Shown here: positions 20,880 through 36,323 of the stretch, piece by piece
Layout: each line of letters opens with the position of its first letter
Position numbering within the stretch: the stretch's first letter is position 1
Assembly: GCA_042408215.1 (NCBI GenBank)
Contig: JAYFMW010000030.1
Coordinates: 608,001-672,000, forward strand
Length of the DNA: 64,000 nt
Reading direction: 5' to 3'
From: Microcoleus sp.
GTDB lineage: Bacteria; Cyanobacteriota; Cyanobacteriia; Cyanobacteriales; Microcoleaceae
The notes under the pieces: model-generated
What the model was told of the DNA's origin: nothing
Database searches by the model: none
The model's input: only the letters and a program-made list of their open reading frames with translations
Translations under genes and position numbers: made by a program

Positions 20880-22289
20880 TTAACGACCGACTTCTACATC
20901 TTCGAGGATGCCGAGGGCGTCAGGAACTAGGACGGCTGCGGAGTAGTAAGCTGTGACGAGATAAGACATAATTGCCTTTTCGCTGATGCCCATGAAGCGG
21001 ACAGATAAGCTAGGTTGATATTCGTCAGGGATACCAGTTTGATGTAAACCGATAACGCCTTGTTTTTCAAGACCAGTGCGGAGTAAGAGGATAGAACTGG
21101 TACGAGCATTGCTGATGGGGATCTTGTTGCAGGGAAAGATTGGTACACCACGCCAAGCTGGAACGTGGTTGCCGCCCATCTCAACACTTTGTGGGTAGAT
21201 GCCCATGCGGTTACACTCACGAGCGAAGGCTGCGATCGCACGGGGATGAGCCAGGAAGAACGCCGGCTCCTTCCATACCGTAGCCAGCAATTCATCCATA
21301 TCATCGGGTGTAGGTGCGCCCGTGCTGCTATAGATGCGTTGTTTGAGGTCGGCGTTATGCAGCAACCCAAATTCGCGGTTGTTGATCATTTCGTGTTCTT
21401 GACGTTCCCGTAATGCCTCAACGGTCAGACGCAATTGTTGCTCGGTCTGATTCATCGGTTCATTATACAGATCCGCAACGCGAGTATTGATCCGCAAAAC
21501 GGTTTGGGCGATGCTCAAATCATATTGACGGGGTGAGAGATCGTAATCAACGAAAGTACCAGGCAATTCAGTCTCGCCGCGATGACCCGCAGACACATTA
21601 ATAGCAGCTTCACCTTCAGTAGTTTGTGGCTGGCTGAGGAGAGCACGGAACCGATCGACCTGACTTTGTAAAGCTTCGGACTGGTTAACGAGTTGCTCAA
21701 ACGCACTTTGAGGTAATGCTAAGACGATACATCGGGTGACAGCTTTGAGGGTATACTGCCAGGTGTCTTGAGACTGTACTAAAGACTCATCACCGAAATG
21801 ATCGCCATCCGCGAGTACATCTAAAACAACCTGCTCGTCATACTTGCCAAGACCAATCTTGTTAACTTTACCACGGGCGATCAATAATACTTGATCGGCT
21901 GCTTGACCTATTTCAACGATCGTGTCCCCGGCTGCAAATTCTTGCTGTACAAATTGGCTTGCTAACGCGGTTAAAACTTCCGTGTCTTCAAAACCTCTCA
22001 GCAAGGGCAATTCAGTCAATTCTTGGGGAATTACTTGGACAGTTGCGCCAGTGTTGGTAAAAGAAACTCGTCCATCACCTACGGTATAGCTTAAACGACG
22101 GTTAACGCGATAGACACCACCTTTGGTTTGTACCCAAGGTAAAAGTTTTAATAACCACCGTGAGGTGATTTCCTGCATCTGTGGTGCAGATTTGGTGGTT
22201 GTTGCCAGATTACGGGCTGCGGCTGTACTTAAACTTTGTTGAACCTGTTGATTCTCAAGATCTGAACCTGAATCACTAGAATAGGTCAT
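20880..22289 (-). CDS. cnb: Cyclic nucleotide-binding protein / family 2B encapsulin shell protein
   Basis: Paralog of 18857-20263 with the same motifs; directly downstream of geoA. Confidence 0.9.
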   Translation of the reverse strand: MTYSSDSGSDLENQQVQQSLSTAAARNLATTTKSAPQMQEITSRWLLKLLPWVQTKGGVYRVNRRLSYTVGDGRVSFTNTGATVQVIPQELTELPLLRGFEDTEVLTALASQFVQQEFAAGDTIVEIGQAADQVLLIARGKVNKIGLGKYDEQVVLDVLADGDHFGDESLVQSQDTWQYTLKAVTRCIVLALPQSAFEQLVNQSEALQSQVDRFRALLSQPQTTEGEAAINVSAGHRGETELPGTFVDYDLSPRQYDLSIAQTVLRINTRVADLYNEPMNQTEQQLRLTVEALRERQEHEMINNREFGLLHNADLKQRIYSSTGAPTPDDMDELLATVWKEPAFFLAHPRAIAAFARECNRMGIYPQSVEMGGNHVPAWRGVPIFPCNKIPISNARTSSILLLRTGLEKQGVIGLHQTGIPDEYQPSLSVRFMGISEKAIMSYLVTAYYSAAVLVPDALGILEDVEVGR

Positions 22290-22474
22290 AATTTAGCTCT
22301 CGACTTTCTGGTTACTAAAAAACAATGCGGTTTCACTTTACCAAATACCGATCAAGAAAAACCAAAGTGGACAAGAAAGATTATCTGGTAAAAAGGTTAC
22401 GATGAGATTGTTTTTTTACAAAAATATACAATCTCAACATAATTTTGACAAACAGAGATAATTTGAATCAAATT

Positions 22475-24748
<2,274 letters not shown>

Positions 24749-24755
24749 CTATTTT

Positions 24756-27050
<2,295 letters not shown>

Positions 27051-27150
27051 CTATTTTTTGCCGACCAACGGCTGAGCTGTGGCGGTTGGCGAGCATTCTC
27101 GTCGCCCTAGCCACGTCCCATCTGTGGTTTCTTTGTGATTGTACTGTAGG

Positions 27151-27591
27151 CTATTTCAGATCCACGGTAGCGATCGACTCAATAAAATTTAACAAAATAC
27201 GTTGGTGAAGCTGACCGAGCGATCGCACATCTCCTGACTGCTCAGAAAAGCATTTTCCAGCCCGAATCTGCTCCGGTGTCAACAACTTCATATCCCAACC
27301 CTCAAGCAAAACTAAATCCTTGACATCCACACTAAGTTGTGCATGAAAAACGTGGCGAACAACATCTCCTTCTGTAGCGCAACAAAAAAGAGAAACACTT
27401 GCAGGAATATAACTAATTTCTTCTTTCAATTCCCGCAGTACAGCAACTTCCGGCGTTTCCCCCGGTTCCATGTGTCCGCCAAACAAAGCCCAATTTCCCG
27501 GATACCTAATATTAGGAACATCATCCCGCAACTGGCAGAGAAACTTGCCGTCTTGGTACAAAATCGCGATCGCAACGTGAATTTCAGTCAT
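27151..27591 (-). CDS. NUDIX hydrolase
   Basis: Nudix box GGHMEPGETPEVAVLRELKEE. Confidence 0.92.
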   Translation of the reverse strand: MTEIHVAIAILYQDGKFLCQLRDDVPNIRYPGNWALFGGHMEPGETPEVAVLRELKEEISYIPASVSLFCCATEGDVVRHVFHAQLSVDVKDLVLLEGWDMKLLTPEQIRAGKCFSEQSGDVRSLGQLHQRILLNFIESIATVDLK

Positions 27592-27730
27592 TTGTTATTT
27601 GTGATTGGTTATTTGTTATTTGTTATTTGTTATTTGTTAGATCAATTCCGGTTGCACCGTCAGGTGATTGTTGACGGTTGACGGTTGACAGTTGACGGTT
27701 GACAGTTAACAGTTAACAGTTAACTGTTAA
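27590..27730. repeat. STRR heptamer repeats (TTGTTAT; GTTGACG/GTTAACA)
   Basis: Direct 7-mer tandem repeats. Confidence 0.85.
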
Positions 27731-27857
27731 CTCGAATTTACTATTCCGATGAAGAGAGGATTTGATATTACATCCTTGTTTCCAGGCTCAGCCTCCAATT
27801 CCAATTACCAATTACTAATTACCAATGCCCGATGCCCGATGCCCAATTCCCAAATGC

Positions 27858-28301
27858 CTATTTCCCCTTGTCTGCGGCGGGTGTACGCTTGAGCTGTTCA
27901 ATTTCCTCAACATAAACCTCACCTAAATCTTTACCCGCCAAATCCTTCAGCTTAATAGTTTTATACCGGACTGCGCCCTTAAGCAACACTTCATCGCCTA
28001 GTTGTGGCAAAACTTGCTTGGTTAAAATCCAAATACTGCCGGTATCATCCTGAAGTTGATAAGCCGCATTCCCCACAAACGGAGCGCGATTTTCCACCTT
28101 TCCCCGGAGATAAACTTCCGCATCCACTTGCCGCTTTTGTTGAACTTCGCCAATACTAGCCACATTCAAGCCAAGATTAAGTTGAGACATAGGTGAATTG
28201 CCACAACTGAACAAAGCGCTGGCGAATATTAGCGATAATGTGCCGATGCAGCCCTCTTTGATAAAAAACTTAACCCAAACTTGCTTAATTGCAGTAGTCA
28301 T
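27858..28301 (-). CDS. Putative OB-fold lipoprotein
   Basis: Lipobox ALFSC; VYLRGKV..AYQLQDDTGSIWI..GDEV OB-fold pattern. Confidence 0.65.
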   Translation of the reverse strand: MTTAIKQVWVKFFIKEGCIGTLSLIFASALFSCGNSPMSQLNLGLNVASIGEVQQKRQVDAEVYLRGKVENRAPFVGNAAYQLQDDTGSIWILTKQVLPQLGDEVLLKGAVRYKTIKLKDLAGKDLGEVYVEEIEQLKRTPAADKGK

Positions 28302-28445
28302 TAGTCAAATGATTTGAGATTGGAGATACGACTTACTCTAACAGAATCACCAGAATCGATCGCAACTCAGAAGAGACTGCTGTACAGTCCTTGACGGGGA
28401 TTAAGCTAAAATCTAAAATCGTCAGCCCCTAACCCAGAGTCTACA

Positions 28446-29318
28446 ATGGAAGCCAAAACTGCTCGCATATTAGATGGTAAAGCTTTAGCCCAAAAGATTC
28501 AAAGCGAGCTGAGCGATCGAGTTCGTTCCCTACAAACCCAGATTGGGCGTCCTCCGGGCCTTGCGGTGCTCATGGTTGGGGACAACCCAGCCAGCGCAGC
28601 TTACGTGCGAAATAAAGAGCGAGCCTGCGCTAAAGTTGGCATAGCCTCCTTTGGTCAGCATTACCCAGCAAACGCCACTCAAGCCGAACTAGAACTTGCA
28701 ATTCATGCACTCAACGAGGACGATCGAGTAGACGGCATTTTAGTACAACTGCCGCTACCAGAACACTTAGACGCAATTTCCCTACTGTATCAAATTGCTC
28801 CCGACAAAGATGCAGACGGACTCCACCCTATAAATTTAGGCCGCCTAGTGCGGGGCGATCGAGGTTTGCGAAGTTGTACCCCAGCCGGAGTGATGCGACT
28901 GCTGCAAGAATACCAGATTGATTTGAAAGGAAAAAACGCTGTAGTTTTGGGCCGCAGTATTTTGGTGGGTAAACCGATGGCGCTGATGCTGTTAGAAGCC
29001 GATTGTACGGTGACAGTAGCTCATTCGCGATCGCAAAACCTAGAATCAATCACCAGCCAAGCCGATATCTTAATCGCCGCCGTCGGCCGCACAGAAATGA
29101 TTACAGCTAATATGGTCAAACCGGGAGCAGTAGTAATCGATGTCGGTATCAACCGCGTTGTCAAGCCAGACGGTACTAGCCGTTTGGCCGGAGATGTGGA
29201 CTTTGATGCTGTTAAAACAGTAGCCGAATTTATCACCCCGGTGCCGGGAGGAATCGGCCCGATGACTGTCGCTATGCTGTTAGAAAATACCGTTTCTAGT
29301 TACAGCATTAAGAAGTAG
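28446..29318 (+). CDS. folD: Bifunctional methylenetetrahydrofolate dehydrogenase/cyclohydrolase
   Basis: [46 protein letters not shown]. Confidence 0.97.
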   Translation: MEAKTARILDGKALAQKIQSELSDRVRSLQTQIGRPPGLAVLMVGDNPASAAYVRNKERACAKVGIASFGQHYPANATQAELELAIHALNEDDRVDGILVQLPLPEHLDAISLLYQIAPDKDADGLHPINLGRLVRGDRGLRSCTPAGVMRLLQEYQIDLKGKNAVVLGRSILVGKPMALMLLEADCTVTVAHSRSQNLESITSQADILIAAVGRTEMITANMVKPGAVVIDVGINRVVKPDGTSRLAGDVDFDAVKTVAEFITPVPGGIGPMTVAMLLENTVSSYSIKK

Positions 29319-29592
29319 GGTGCGTCGCTGTGAGATTTTATGTCGTAGTTGAATATTGAAGGGTGGTGACGCACCTGACTCCACGGTCGGGTGCGTCGCT
29401 GTGAGATTTTAGGTCGTAGTTGAATAGTGAAGGGTGGTGACGCACCTGACTCCACTGTAGGGTGCGTCGCTGTGAGATTTTATGTCGTAGTTGAATATTA
29501 TCGATGGCGACGCACCTTACTCCACTGTAGTGGTGACGCACCTGACTCCACTGTTGTCAATGATAAAATGACACTATGGCAATGCACCCTAC
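29315..29592. repeat. REP array (71-bp units, GTAGGGTGCGTCGC...GCGACGCACC) upstream of RAYT
   Basis: Units start at 29315, 29386, 29457, then degenerate. Confidence 0.88.
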
Positions 29593-29600
29593 TAACGATT

Positions 29601-30161
29601 ATGTCAAATTATCGTAGAGCATTTGTACCGGGAGGTACTTACTTTTTCGTTTTAAATACATACAAAAGGATTCCTTGGCTTTCAAGCGATATCGGTCGCG
29701 CAGGGCTGCGAAAATCTATAATGAGAGTCCAAAAACTCTATCCTTTTAAAATTGATGCGATCGTGCTTTTGCCGGATCACCTTCACATGATGCTGACTTT
29801 GCCGGATGGCGACAGCAAGTACCCCACTCGTTTGAGGTTAATTAAAGATTTTGTAACCCGATATTACGGGCATAAATTGGGAATAGAAGCAGAAATTAGT
29901 CAGTCTCGTAAAAAACGTAAGGAAAGTAACCTTTGGCAGCGTAGATATTGGGAACACGTTATTCGCGATGAAAATGATTACGCTCACCATTGCGATTACA
30001 TTCATTATAATCCAGTTAAACATAATTTGTGTCGGTCTCCGAAGGATTGGGAATTTTCTAGTTTTCATCGATTTGTTGCTCAGGGGATTTATCCTGAAGA
30101 TTGGGGCGCGAATGAAGTACCGTTAATTCCTGAAGATATTGGCGGAGAATTATATTTGTAG
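29601..30161 (+). CDS. REP-associated tyrosine transposase (RAYT, HUH/Y1)
   Basis: MSNYRRAFVPGGTYFF, VLLPDHLH (HUH), LWQRRYWEHVIRD, DYIHYNPVKH, W.FSSFH; flanked by REPs. Confidence 0.92.
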   Translation: MSNYRRAFVPGGTYFFVLNTYKRIPWLSSDIGRAGLRKSIMRVQKLYPFKIDAIVLLPDHLHMMLTLPDGDSKYPTRLRLIKDFVTRYYGHKLGIEAEISQSRKKRKESNLWQRRYWEHVIRDENDYAHHCDYIHYNPVKHNLCRSPKDWEFSSFHRFVAQGIYPEDWGANEVPLIPEDIGGELYL

Positions 30162-30172
30162 GCTGGCGCCAA

Positions 30173-30560
30173 GTAGGGTGCGTCGCTGTGAGATTTTATG
30201 TCGTAGTTGAATATTGAAGGGTGGCGACGCACCTTACTCCACTGTAGGGTGCGTCGCTGTGAGATTTTATGTCGTAGTTGAATATTGAAGGGTGGCGACG
30301 CACCTTACTCCACTGTAGGGTGCGTCGCTGTGAGATTTTATGTCGTAGTTGAATATTTAAGGGTGGCGACGCACCTTACTCCACTGTAGGGTGCGTCGCT
30401 GTGAGATTTTATATTGGATTTGCAGATTTAAGGGTGGCGACGCACCTTACTCCACTGTAGGGTGCGTCGCTGTGAGATTTTATATTGGATTTGCAGATTT
30501 AAGGGTGGCGACGCACCCTACTCCACGGTAGGGTGCATCGCTGTGAGATTTGATGTCGAA
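30173..30560. repeat. REP array (5 full 71-bp units plus a partial) downstream of RAYT
   Basis: GTAG starts at 30173, 30244, 30315, 30386, 30457, 30528. Confidence 0.92.
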
Positions 30561-30572
30561 TCTGATTTGCAT

Positions 30573-31457
30573 TTAGAAGGGAAACCCTGGAGAACATAAC
30601 CGCAAATAAATATCCCGTTGAGTATCAGAAAAAGCTCTTCTGCCATGCATGATTCTAGTATTGTCAACCATTAGGATATCCCCTGTTTGCCAGGATATCT
30701 CTGTAGTTATTCTGTCAGCCACTTCATTAAGCTCAGAAACAATATCCTCAGTAATTTCTGCATCATCATCAAAGCGAAGTGCGTTTGGAGCTGCCTGTTT
30801 TACTGGCAATAAACTGTTGATAAACGTCGGATATTTTCCACATCTACTTGGATGTATTGCTGGACAAATATATTGAAGATCGATTGATTCATCGGCGTTT
30901 ATTTGCCATATTAAATTATTGCTTCTACAGGTCTGTTCTAGGACTCTTAAATCATCAGTTTTGTAGCGTTTCTGCCAAGCCTCCTTATCCAAATGACCCA
31001 AATTATACTTTAATTTTTTATTAGTAAATAACTCTTTGAGTGGACTACTGAGTTCATTAAACAATTGCCTGCCATCACATATTATTGTTTCACCGTCTTG
31101 TGATGCTGGATGAGCACAGAAGAACCAAACCATCAACGGAATATTTTGCTGATAGTACATTTCTCCATGCAATTTAATCTCATCCTGAAAATCATTGACG
31201 CTTAAAATAGTTGCATTCCCATTAATTACTCGGCGATTAAATAGGCCTCCGGTGTAATCCAGAAAATCTTTACTAAGGGAGTTAGTGAATTGGGTAAAAG
31301 TGTCAACACTATTTTCAAACCCTCTAAAAAGCAAGACACCATAAGATTGAAACAGGTTAATAATTTCTTCCCTGTCCAGGTCGAAAATATTGATATTATC
31401 CCTGTTGATGATTTGTTGACCAACATTTTCTGATAAAAGCTGTGTATTTACCTTCAT
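30573..31457 (-). CDS. TauD/TfdA family Fe(II)/2-oxoglutarate dioxygenase
   Basis: GVLLFRGF, LHGEMYY, GETIICDG, WQTGDILMVDNTRIMHGR. Confidence 0.87.
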   Translation of the reverse strand: MKVNTQLLSENVGQQIINRDNINIFDLDREEIINLFQSYGVLLFRGFENSVDTFTQFTNSLSKDFLDYTGGLFNRRVINGNATILSVNDFQDEIKLHGEMYYQQNIPLMVWFFCAHPASQDGETIICDGRQLFNELSSPLKELFTNKKLKYNLGHLDKEAWQKRYKTDDLRVLEQTCRSNNLIWQINADESIDLQYICPAIHPSRCGKYPTFINSLLPVKQAAPNALRFDDDAEITEDIVSELNEVADRITTEISWQTGDILMVDNTRIMHGRRAFSDTQRDIYLRLCSPGFPF

Positions 31458-31566
31458 ATCTATCTCCTAGCTATTTTCTATTTTGTACAGAGCGTGGTTG
31501 ACAATATCAGTGCCCATGCCTTGATATTTCTAAATATTCCTCAATTCAAAATTCATCAAACCTACC

Positions 31567-32341
31567 TTACTCTAGCAGTTCAGGTTGTTGATGTACCATT
31601 AATTCGTAAAGCGGTTGAAAGCTAAACCAGCCTAGCTGATGTGAGCCTACCAGGCGCTGCGTCAGACGAGCATTGTCGGAGTCGATGAGGATGGGGGTGC
31701 CCGCCACCTCTGCCATCAACTGCGCCTGACAAGAACGTTCCATTGCGACAAACCACCAAGCCGCTTCATCAACTGAATGACCCACCGTGAGTAGACCGTG
31801 GTTGCGGAGGATAATGGCTTTCTTCTCCCCTAGTGCTTGGGCTATGCGCTTACCTTCCTCAAGTTCAAGAACTACTCCCGTGTAGTCATCAAACAGGCTG
31901 TGGTCTTCGTAGAAGGAACAGGCATCTTGGGTGAGGGGGTCGAGGAGACGACCTAGGCTAGACCAGCTTTTGCCGTAAATTGAATGAGCGTGTGCTGCTG
32001 CTACGACATCAGGACGGGCTGCATGAATTTGAGAATGGATTGCATAAGCCGCCGTGTTAATAGGCTTGTTCCCCTCTATAACTTCACCCTGATGGTTCAC
32101 CAGGAGCAGGTCGCTGACCCGGATGAGACTGAAGTGTCTACCCAAGGGATTGACCCAGAAGCAATCCAGGTGTTCAGGGTCACGGACGGTAATGTGCCCT
32201 GCGATGCCCTCACTAAACCCAAACTGTCCAAACAAACGTAATGCTGCTGCAAGGCGCTGCTTGCGATGACGGCGTTCTTCCTCGACCTTAGCAAAAGTCG
32301 GAGGCTCAAAAGATGACTTGGAGTTCTTTTAATGTAACCAT
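31567..32341 (-). pseudogene. Class II aldolase/adducin family protein (NovR/CloR-like), 5' frameshift
   Basis: GHITVRDPE, AIHSQIH, AAHAHS, LRNHG; N-terminus MVTLKE.. (ATG at 32341) is 1 nt out of frame with FEPPTFAKVEEERRHRKQRLAAALRLF. Confidence 0.75.
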
Positions 32342-32530
32342 AGATTTGGTTTCTCTGTCTGCTTAATTGTCCGGTGAGTTTGTTAGCAGGGCTATGCCCA
32401 GGACTAGCAATGGTAATTGTCCTGCTACATAAGATTGACATAAAGTTGACAAGAATAACATCTCGGACACTTAAAACTTACCTCCTGTGTCTGCCTAGGG
32501 AATCGGCTCCTTCTACTCAACAGGCGTTAT

Positions 32531-32598
32531 GTCGGGAAACGTCGATGAAACTGCCGTTTAGTATCATCTCCTATAGGTATTACCGCTCCCTCCGAACC
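32531..32598 (-). other. Possible group II intron 3' remnant (DV 3' half plus DVI)
   Basis: Minus strand GGTTCGGAGGGAGCGG...ACGTTTCCCGAC. Confidence 0.4.
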
Positions 32599-32615
32599 TC
32601 TGCAAACCTACTTAC

Positions 32616-33971
32616 CAAGACAATGGGTCTAAAGCCCCGTCCTTCTAGGACGGCTTTAATTTCTAGAAAGTGTAAATAATTCTTAAACCTACGCACTTTT
32701 TAAACACAGTGATTTGTAAAAATGAGAGAATAATGGCATGATTGTACTAGAGTTTAAGTTAAAGGGCAAAGCGCAGCAATACCGGATTATCGACGAAATG
32801 ATCCGCACAGCTCAATTTGTCCGAAACAAAACTCTTAGACACTGGATCGACAATCAAGGAGTTAAGCTAGTCGATCTATACAAACAATGCGCCATCATGG
32901 CCTCAGAGTTTGAATGGGCAGGAAAACTTAACTCGATGGCACGTCAAGCTTCTGCTGAACGCGCCATTTTTGCTATCCAACGTTTTTTTTCAAATTGTAA
33001 AACTAAGAAGCCAGGAAAAAAGGGCTACCCGCAGTTTAAGAAACACACCCGTTCTGTAGAATATAAGACTTCAGGATGGTCGCTTTCTACAGACAAAAGA
33101 TGTCTAACTTTCACGGATGATTTTGCCGCTGGAACATTTAGGCTACTTGGTAGTCGAGATTTGCACTTCTATGCACCTGGTGAAATCAAACGAATCAGAG
33201 TAATCCGTCGTGCCGATGGCTACTACGCTCAGTTTTGTATCAACGTGGAACGGACAGAGGAAACAATTCCTACTGGCAAAGCCGTAGGGTTGGATGTAGG
33301 TTTAAACCATTTCTACACCGACAGTGCCGGGGCAACGGTTCCAAATCCTCGACATCTCCGTAAAACTGAAAAAGCTTTAAAGCGATTACAGAAACGAGTT
33401 TCTCGGAAAAAGAAAGGTTCGGGCAATCGTAAGAAAGCTATCAATAAGTTAGGTAGAAAACATTTGAAAGTCAGTAGACAGCGCAAAGACTTCGCCATTA
33501 AGACGGCGTTGTGCGTAGTGAAATCTAGCGATTTCGTAGCCTACGAAAATCTTCAAGTGAGAAATATGGTGAAGAACCATAAACTTGCTAAATCAATTAG
33601 CGATGCAGCATGGTCACAGACTCGATCGTTATTTGCAATACTTTGGAAAAGTGTACGGTAAAACAGTAGTTGCTATTGCTCCTCAGTATACTTCCCAAGA
33701 TTGTTCAAGTTGTGGGAATCTAGTTCAGAAATCGCTGTCAGTCAGGACTCATGTTTGTAATTGTGGTACTGTGTTAGACCGCGACCATAATGCAGCTTTG
33801 AATATTTTGGCGAAAGGATTGAGGCAAGTAGGAATCAATTTAAATACGGTGGGGCACACCGAAATTAACGCTTGGGGACAGACCGACCTCTACTCGTTGG
33901 TGGTAGCATCAACGAGCAAGCCGACTGACTGAACCAAGAATCAAGAGTGCCTTCAGGCCGAGGAGTGTCAA
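32616..33971 (+). mobile_element. IS200/IS605-family TnpB-only element
   Basis: Follows TTAC; left-end hairpin AAGCCCCGTCCTTCTAGGACGGCTT; right end ...GAGGAGTGTCAA. Confidence 0.85.
32738..33932 (+). pseudogene. tnpB: TnpB, frameshifted near 33620
   Basis: GLDVGL and YENL in ORF 32738-33661; YTSQDCSSCG..DRDHNAALNI in ORF 33585-33932. Confidence 0.87.
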
Positions 33972-34069
33972 GAAGTAAATCCTGACTCTTCAATCTCAAA
34001 TCTCAATTCTCAAATCGATTGACAGCGTAGACCAAATTTGAGAAAGTTCTCAAAACTCAAAACTTCAAC

Positions 34070-34165
34070 TAGCACCGCAGGAGTCCCGCGCTCTACCTGA
34101 AAGGTGTCGGGAGGAATGGGCGGCGATTGAGGGGTTCGATGCCCCGAAAATCGCCAAATGCGGTA
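34070..34165 (-). mobile_element. Orphan structured IS200/IS605-like end remnant
   Basis: Hairpins GGCGATT..GGGG/CCCC..AATCGCC and ATTCCTCCCG...GCGGGACTCCTGCGG. Confidence 0.3.
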
Positions 34166-34305
34166 TCTACACACATATAGCTGAAGGCAGAAGGTAAAAG
34201 GTAAAAGGCAAAAGGCAGAAGGCGGAAGGAAAATGCAATACTAGCAATAGTTTCAGCGATTAAGGATATCCTAACCGCCACTCAGGTTCCTATAACTAGA
34301 TATTT

Positions 34306-35058
34306 ATGATGTTTTTCAATAAACTTGTTCAACTTCTGCAACGACGAACTCGGGCTAAAAAATTAGGACTCAAGTTTAATCGAGTTGCTAACTTTAATTT
34401 GCCCGACAATCTCATGGTACTGGGAAAGCGCCAAAATGTAAACTTGCCTTCAGAAAAAGGCATGGACGGAGAATTTATCGAAGTGCTTTTAGATGACTGC
34501 TACGGAGTAGAGCAATTACCTCCGTCCCTGCTAAAAATTATAGATATTGGTGCAAATGTCGGATTGTTTCCCGTCGCAGCCAGAAATAGATTTCCCCAAG
34601 CCGTCATTCACGCCTATGAACCCAATCCTAACCTGGAAAGCTACCTCAAACATCAATCTGAAATAGCCAAATTTGAATATTTCATGGAAGCGGTAGGAGT
34701 CCAAGATGGGAAAGTAACGCTTGACATCCGGGAAGTATCTGGCAAAACGCGATCGACTGTCAGCGAAAGCGGCGACATTCCGATGGTATCGTTGAAAAGG
34801 GCGATCGAGCGAATTGGCGGCCGCGTCGATTTAGCTAAAGTAGACTGCGAAGGTGCAGAATGGCTGCTATTTGAAGATACAGATACTTGGCAACTCGTGC
34901 AAAACCTGGCTTTAGAATATCACTTATGGTCTGGACACAGCCACGCCGAAACTCGACAAGTTATTGAAAACTTAGGATTTCAGATCAAAAAGCAAATACC
35001 AATAGATAAATGGTACGGCTTGATCTTAGCATCCCGAACTCAGCTAACCAGCATTTAA
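34306..35058 (+). CDS. FkbM family SAM-dependent methyltransferase
   Basis: IIDIGANVG, AYEPNP, AKVDCEGAE, LEYH. Confidence 0.9.
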   Translation: MMFFNKLVQLLQRRTRAKKLGLKFNRVANFNLPDNLMVLGKRQNVNLPSEKGMDGEFIEVLLDDCYGVEQLPPSLLKIIDIGANVGLFPVAARNRFPQAVIHAYEPNPNLESYLKHQSEIAKFEYFMEAVGVQDGKVTLDIREVSGKTRSTVSESGDIPMVSLKRAIERIGGRVDLAKVDCEGAEWLLFEDTDTWQLVQNLALEYHLWSGHSHAETRQVIENLGFQIKKQIPIDKWYGLILASRTQLTSI

Positions 35059-35092
35059 ATTGCACCCATAGGTTCAAACATAGGTTGAAATT

Positions 35093-35944
35093 TCATCGAT
35101 CAGCGCTATCATGCGTGGGAACCCAAAAACTTTGCTGCCCCTGAATTGAAAGCTGAATTACTTGATTTTTAGCGACGCTAATCATGGCATATTCTGCTAG
35201 ATAAGCGCGAATTTCGGAGGGTTCACAAACCACTCCTCCATCGAAAGGCAATAGGGCTGTTGTGACTGCGAGTGCTAAATCTTTAAACATTTTTGCTGTA
35301 GTATAGGGAATTTTAACTTTCAGAAACATGAGGACAAAAAAGAAATTACCAGATGGTAAAAATCCCCCAAATCCCAAGACAGACTTGACTTCGTAGGGGA
35401 TAATTAAAAATTTTTTTTCGAGAATAAACGGGCTGTATTCTGCCTCGGATATGTAAAAAACATCAAATATTTTTATATCTAATTTCCGCAAGATTTCTCG
35501 ATCGATTCCAAGGAATGTAGGGATGTCTAAACCCAACGGCCTGAGCCGTTCTGAAATCATTGGCATTTGAGCAACTAAGTCTTCGCTAATTAAGGAAATA
35601 GCTGTATTTTCTGCTGTGTTCCAAGAATTCCATTCGGGTTTTGTTCCTGCTGCTGCTAGCAGCCTCCAGCATTTCATTTGCTCTTGAGGGGAAGTGCCCT
35701 CGATCAAGCGGAGGAAAGATTCTGGTAATGACTCTTTTAATTCCCCGTAGGGATGAGTTGTGAACACACGCACCAAGGCACAGGATTTTGCTCCCGTTTG
35801 CGCATCGCAAAAATGTTCGTAAATATACTTAGCAATCTTTTCGCTGGCTTCAGTCATACTAGCAGCATCTCTACCGAACTGGCGGAGCACTAAGCTGCAT
35901 TTCGCCAGATCTTTCGAGGTAAATTGGTTCAGATCGTACATCAA
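35093..35944 (-). CDS. Hypothetical protein resembling the N-terminal sensor domain of cyanobacterial kinases (possibly truncated)
   Basis: MYDLNQFT..CALVRVF.THPY..IPYEVKSVLGFGG.LPSG; no output domain. Confidence 0.55.
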   Translation of the reverse strand: MMYDLNQFTSKDLAKCSLVLRQFGRDAASMTEASEKIAKYIYEHFCDAQTGAKSCALVRVFTTHPYGELKESLPESFLRLIEGTSPQEQMKCWRLLAAAGTKPEWNSWNTAENTAISLISEDLVAQMPMISERLRPLGLDIPTFLGIDREILRKLDIKIFDVFYISEAEYSPFILEKKFLIIPYEVKSVLGFGGFLPSGNFFFVLMFLKVKIPYTTAKMFKDLALAVTTALLPFDGGVVCEPSEIRAYLAEYAMISVAKNQVIQLSIQGQQSFWVPTHDSADR

Positions 35945-36323
35945 AAAACGCTCTCCCAGAACTCAAACACTCTTTTCTATTTATCATTACGGCTGTTGTC
36001 GCATCCGGAATCGTACTGAGAGTTCCCGAAAGTATTAGTTAATATACGCACGCATCTTGGGCCGCCACATCCCACGGCTGGGTTGAACAATACAGCGGAA
36101 ACCGCTGTTATGAGGTACGCCCACTTATCGTTCAATCCTCGTAGGGACACGGCTCTTGGAGTGTCCCTACCGTGTTTCATAACAGCGGGAACTGCTGTAT
36201 ATTCATAGGAATTACGCACAGACTCTACTTGTAGGGTGTACCCATAAGCGCCTTACTACTGATGCTTCACCCCTAAATCTCGCTCAAACGGCTTGAGATT
36301 ATTTGTTGGAGATGTCTAATTGT

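Noticed and set aside
27151..27591. NUDIX as a dedicated prenyl-diphosphate phosphatase of the geosmin cluster
   Set aside because: Only adjacency supports it; it looks like an ordinary cyanobacterial NUDIX.
29315..30560. CRISPR array around the transposase
   Set aside because: Intervening sequences repeat rather than being unique; GTAG hairpins flanking a RAYT fit REP elements. The GTG start at 29427 lies in the array; the likely start is 29601.
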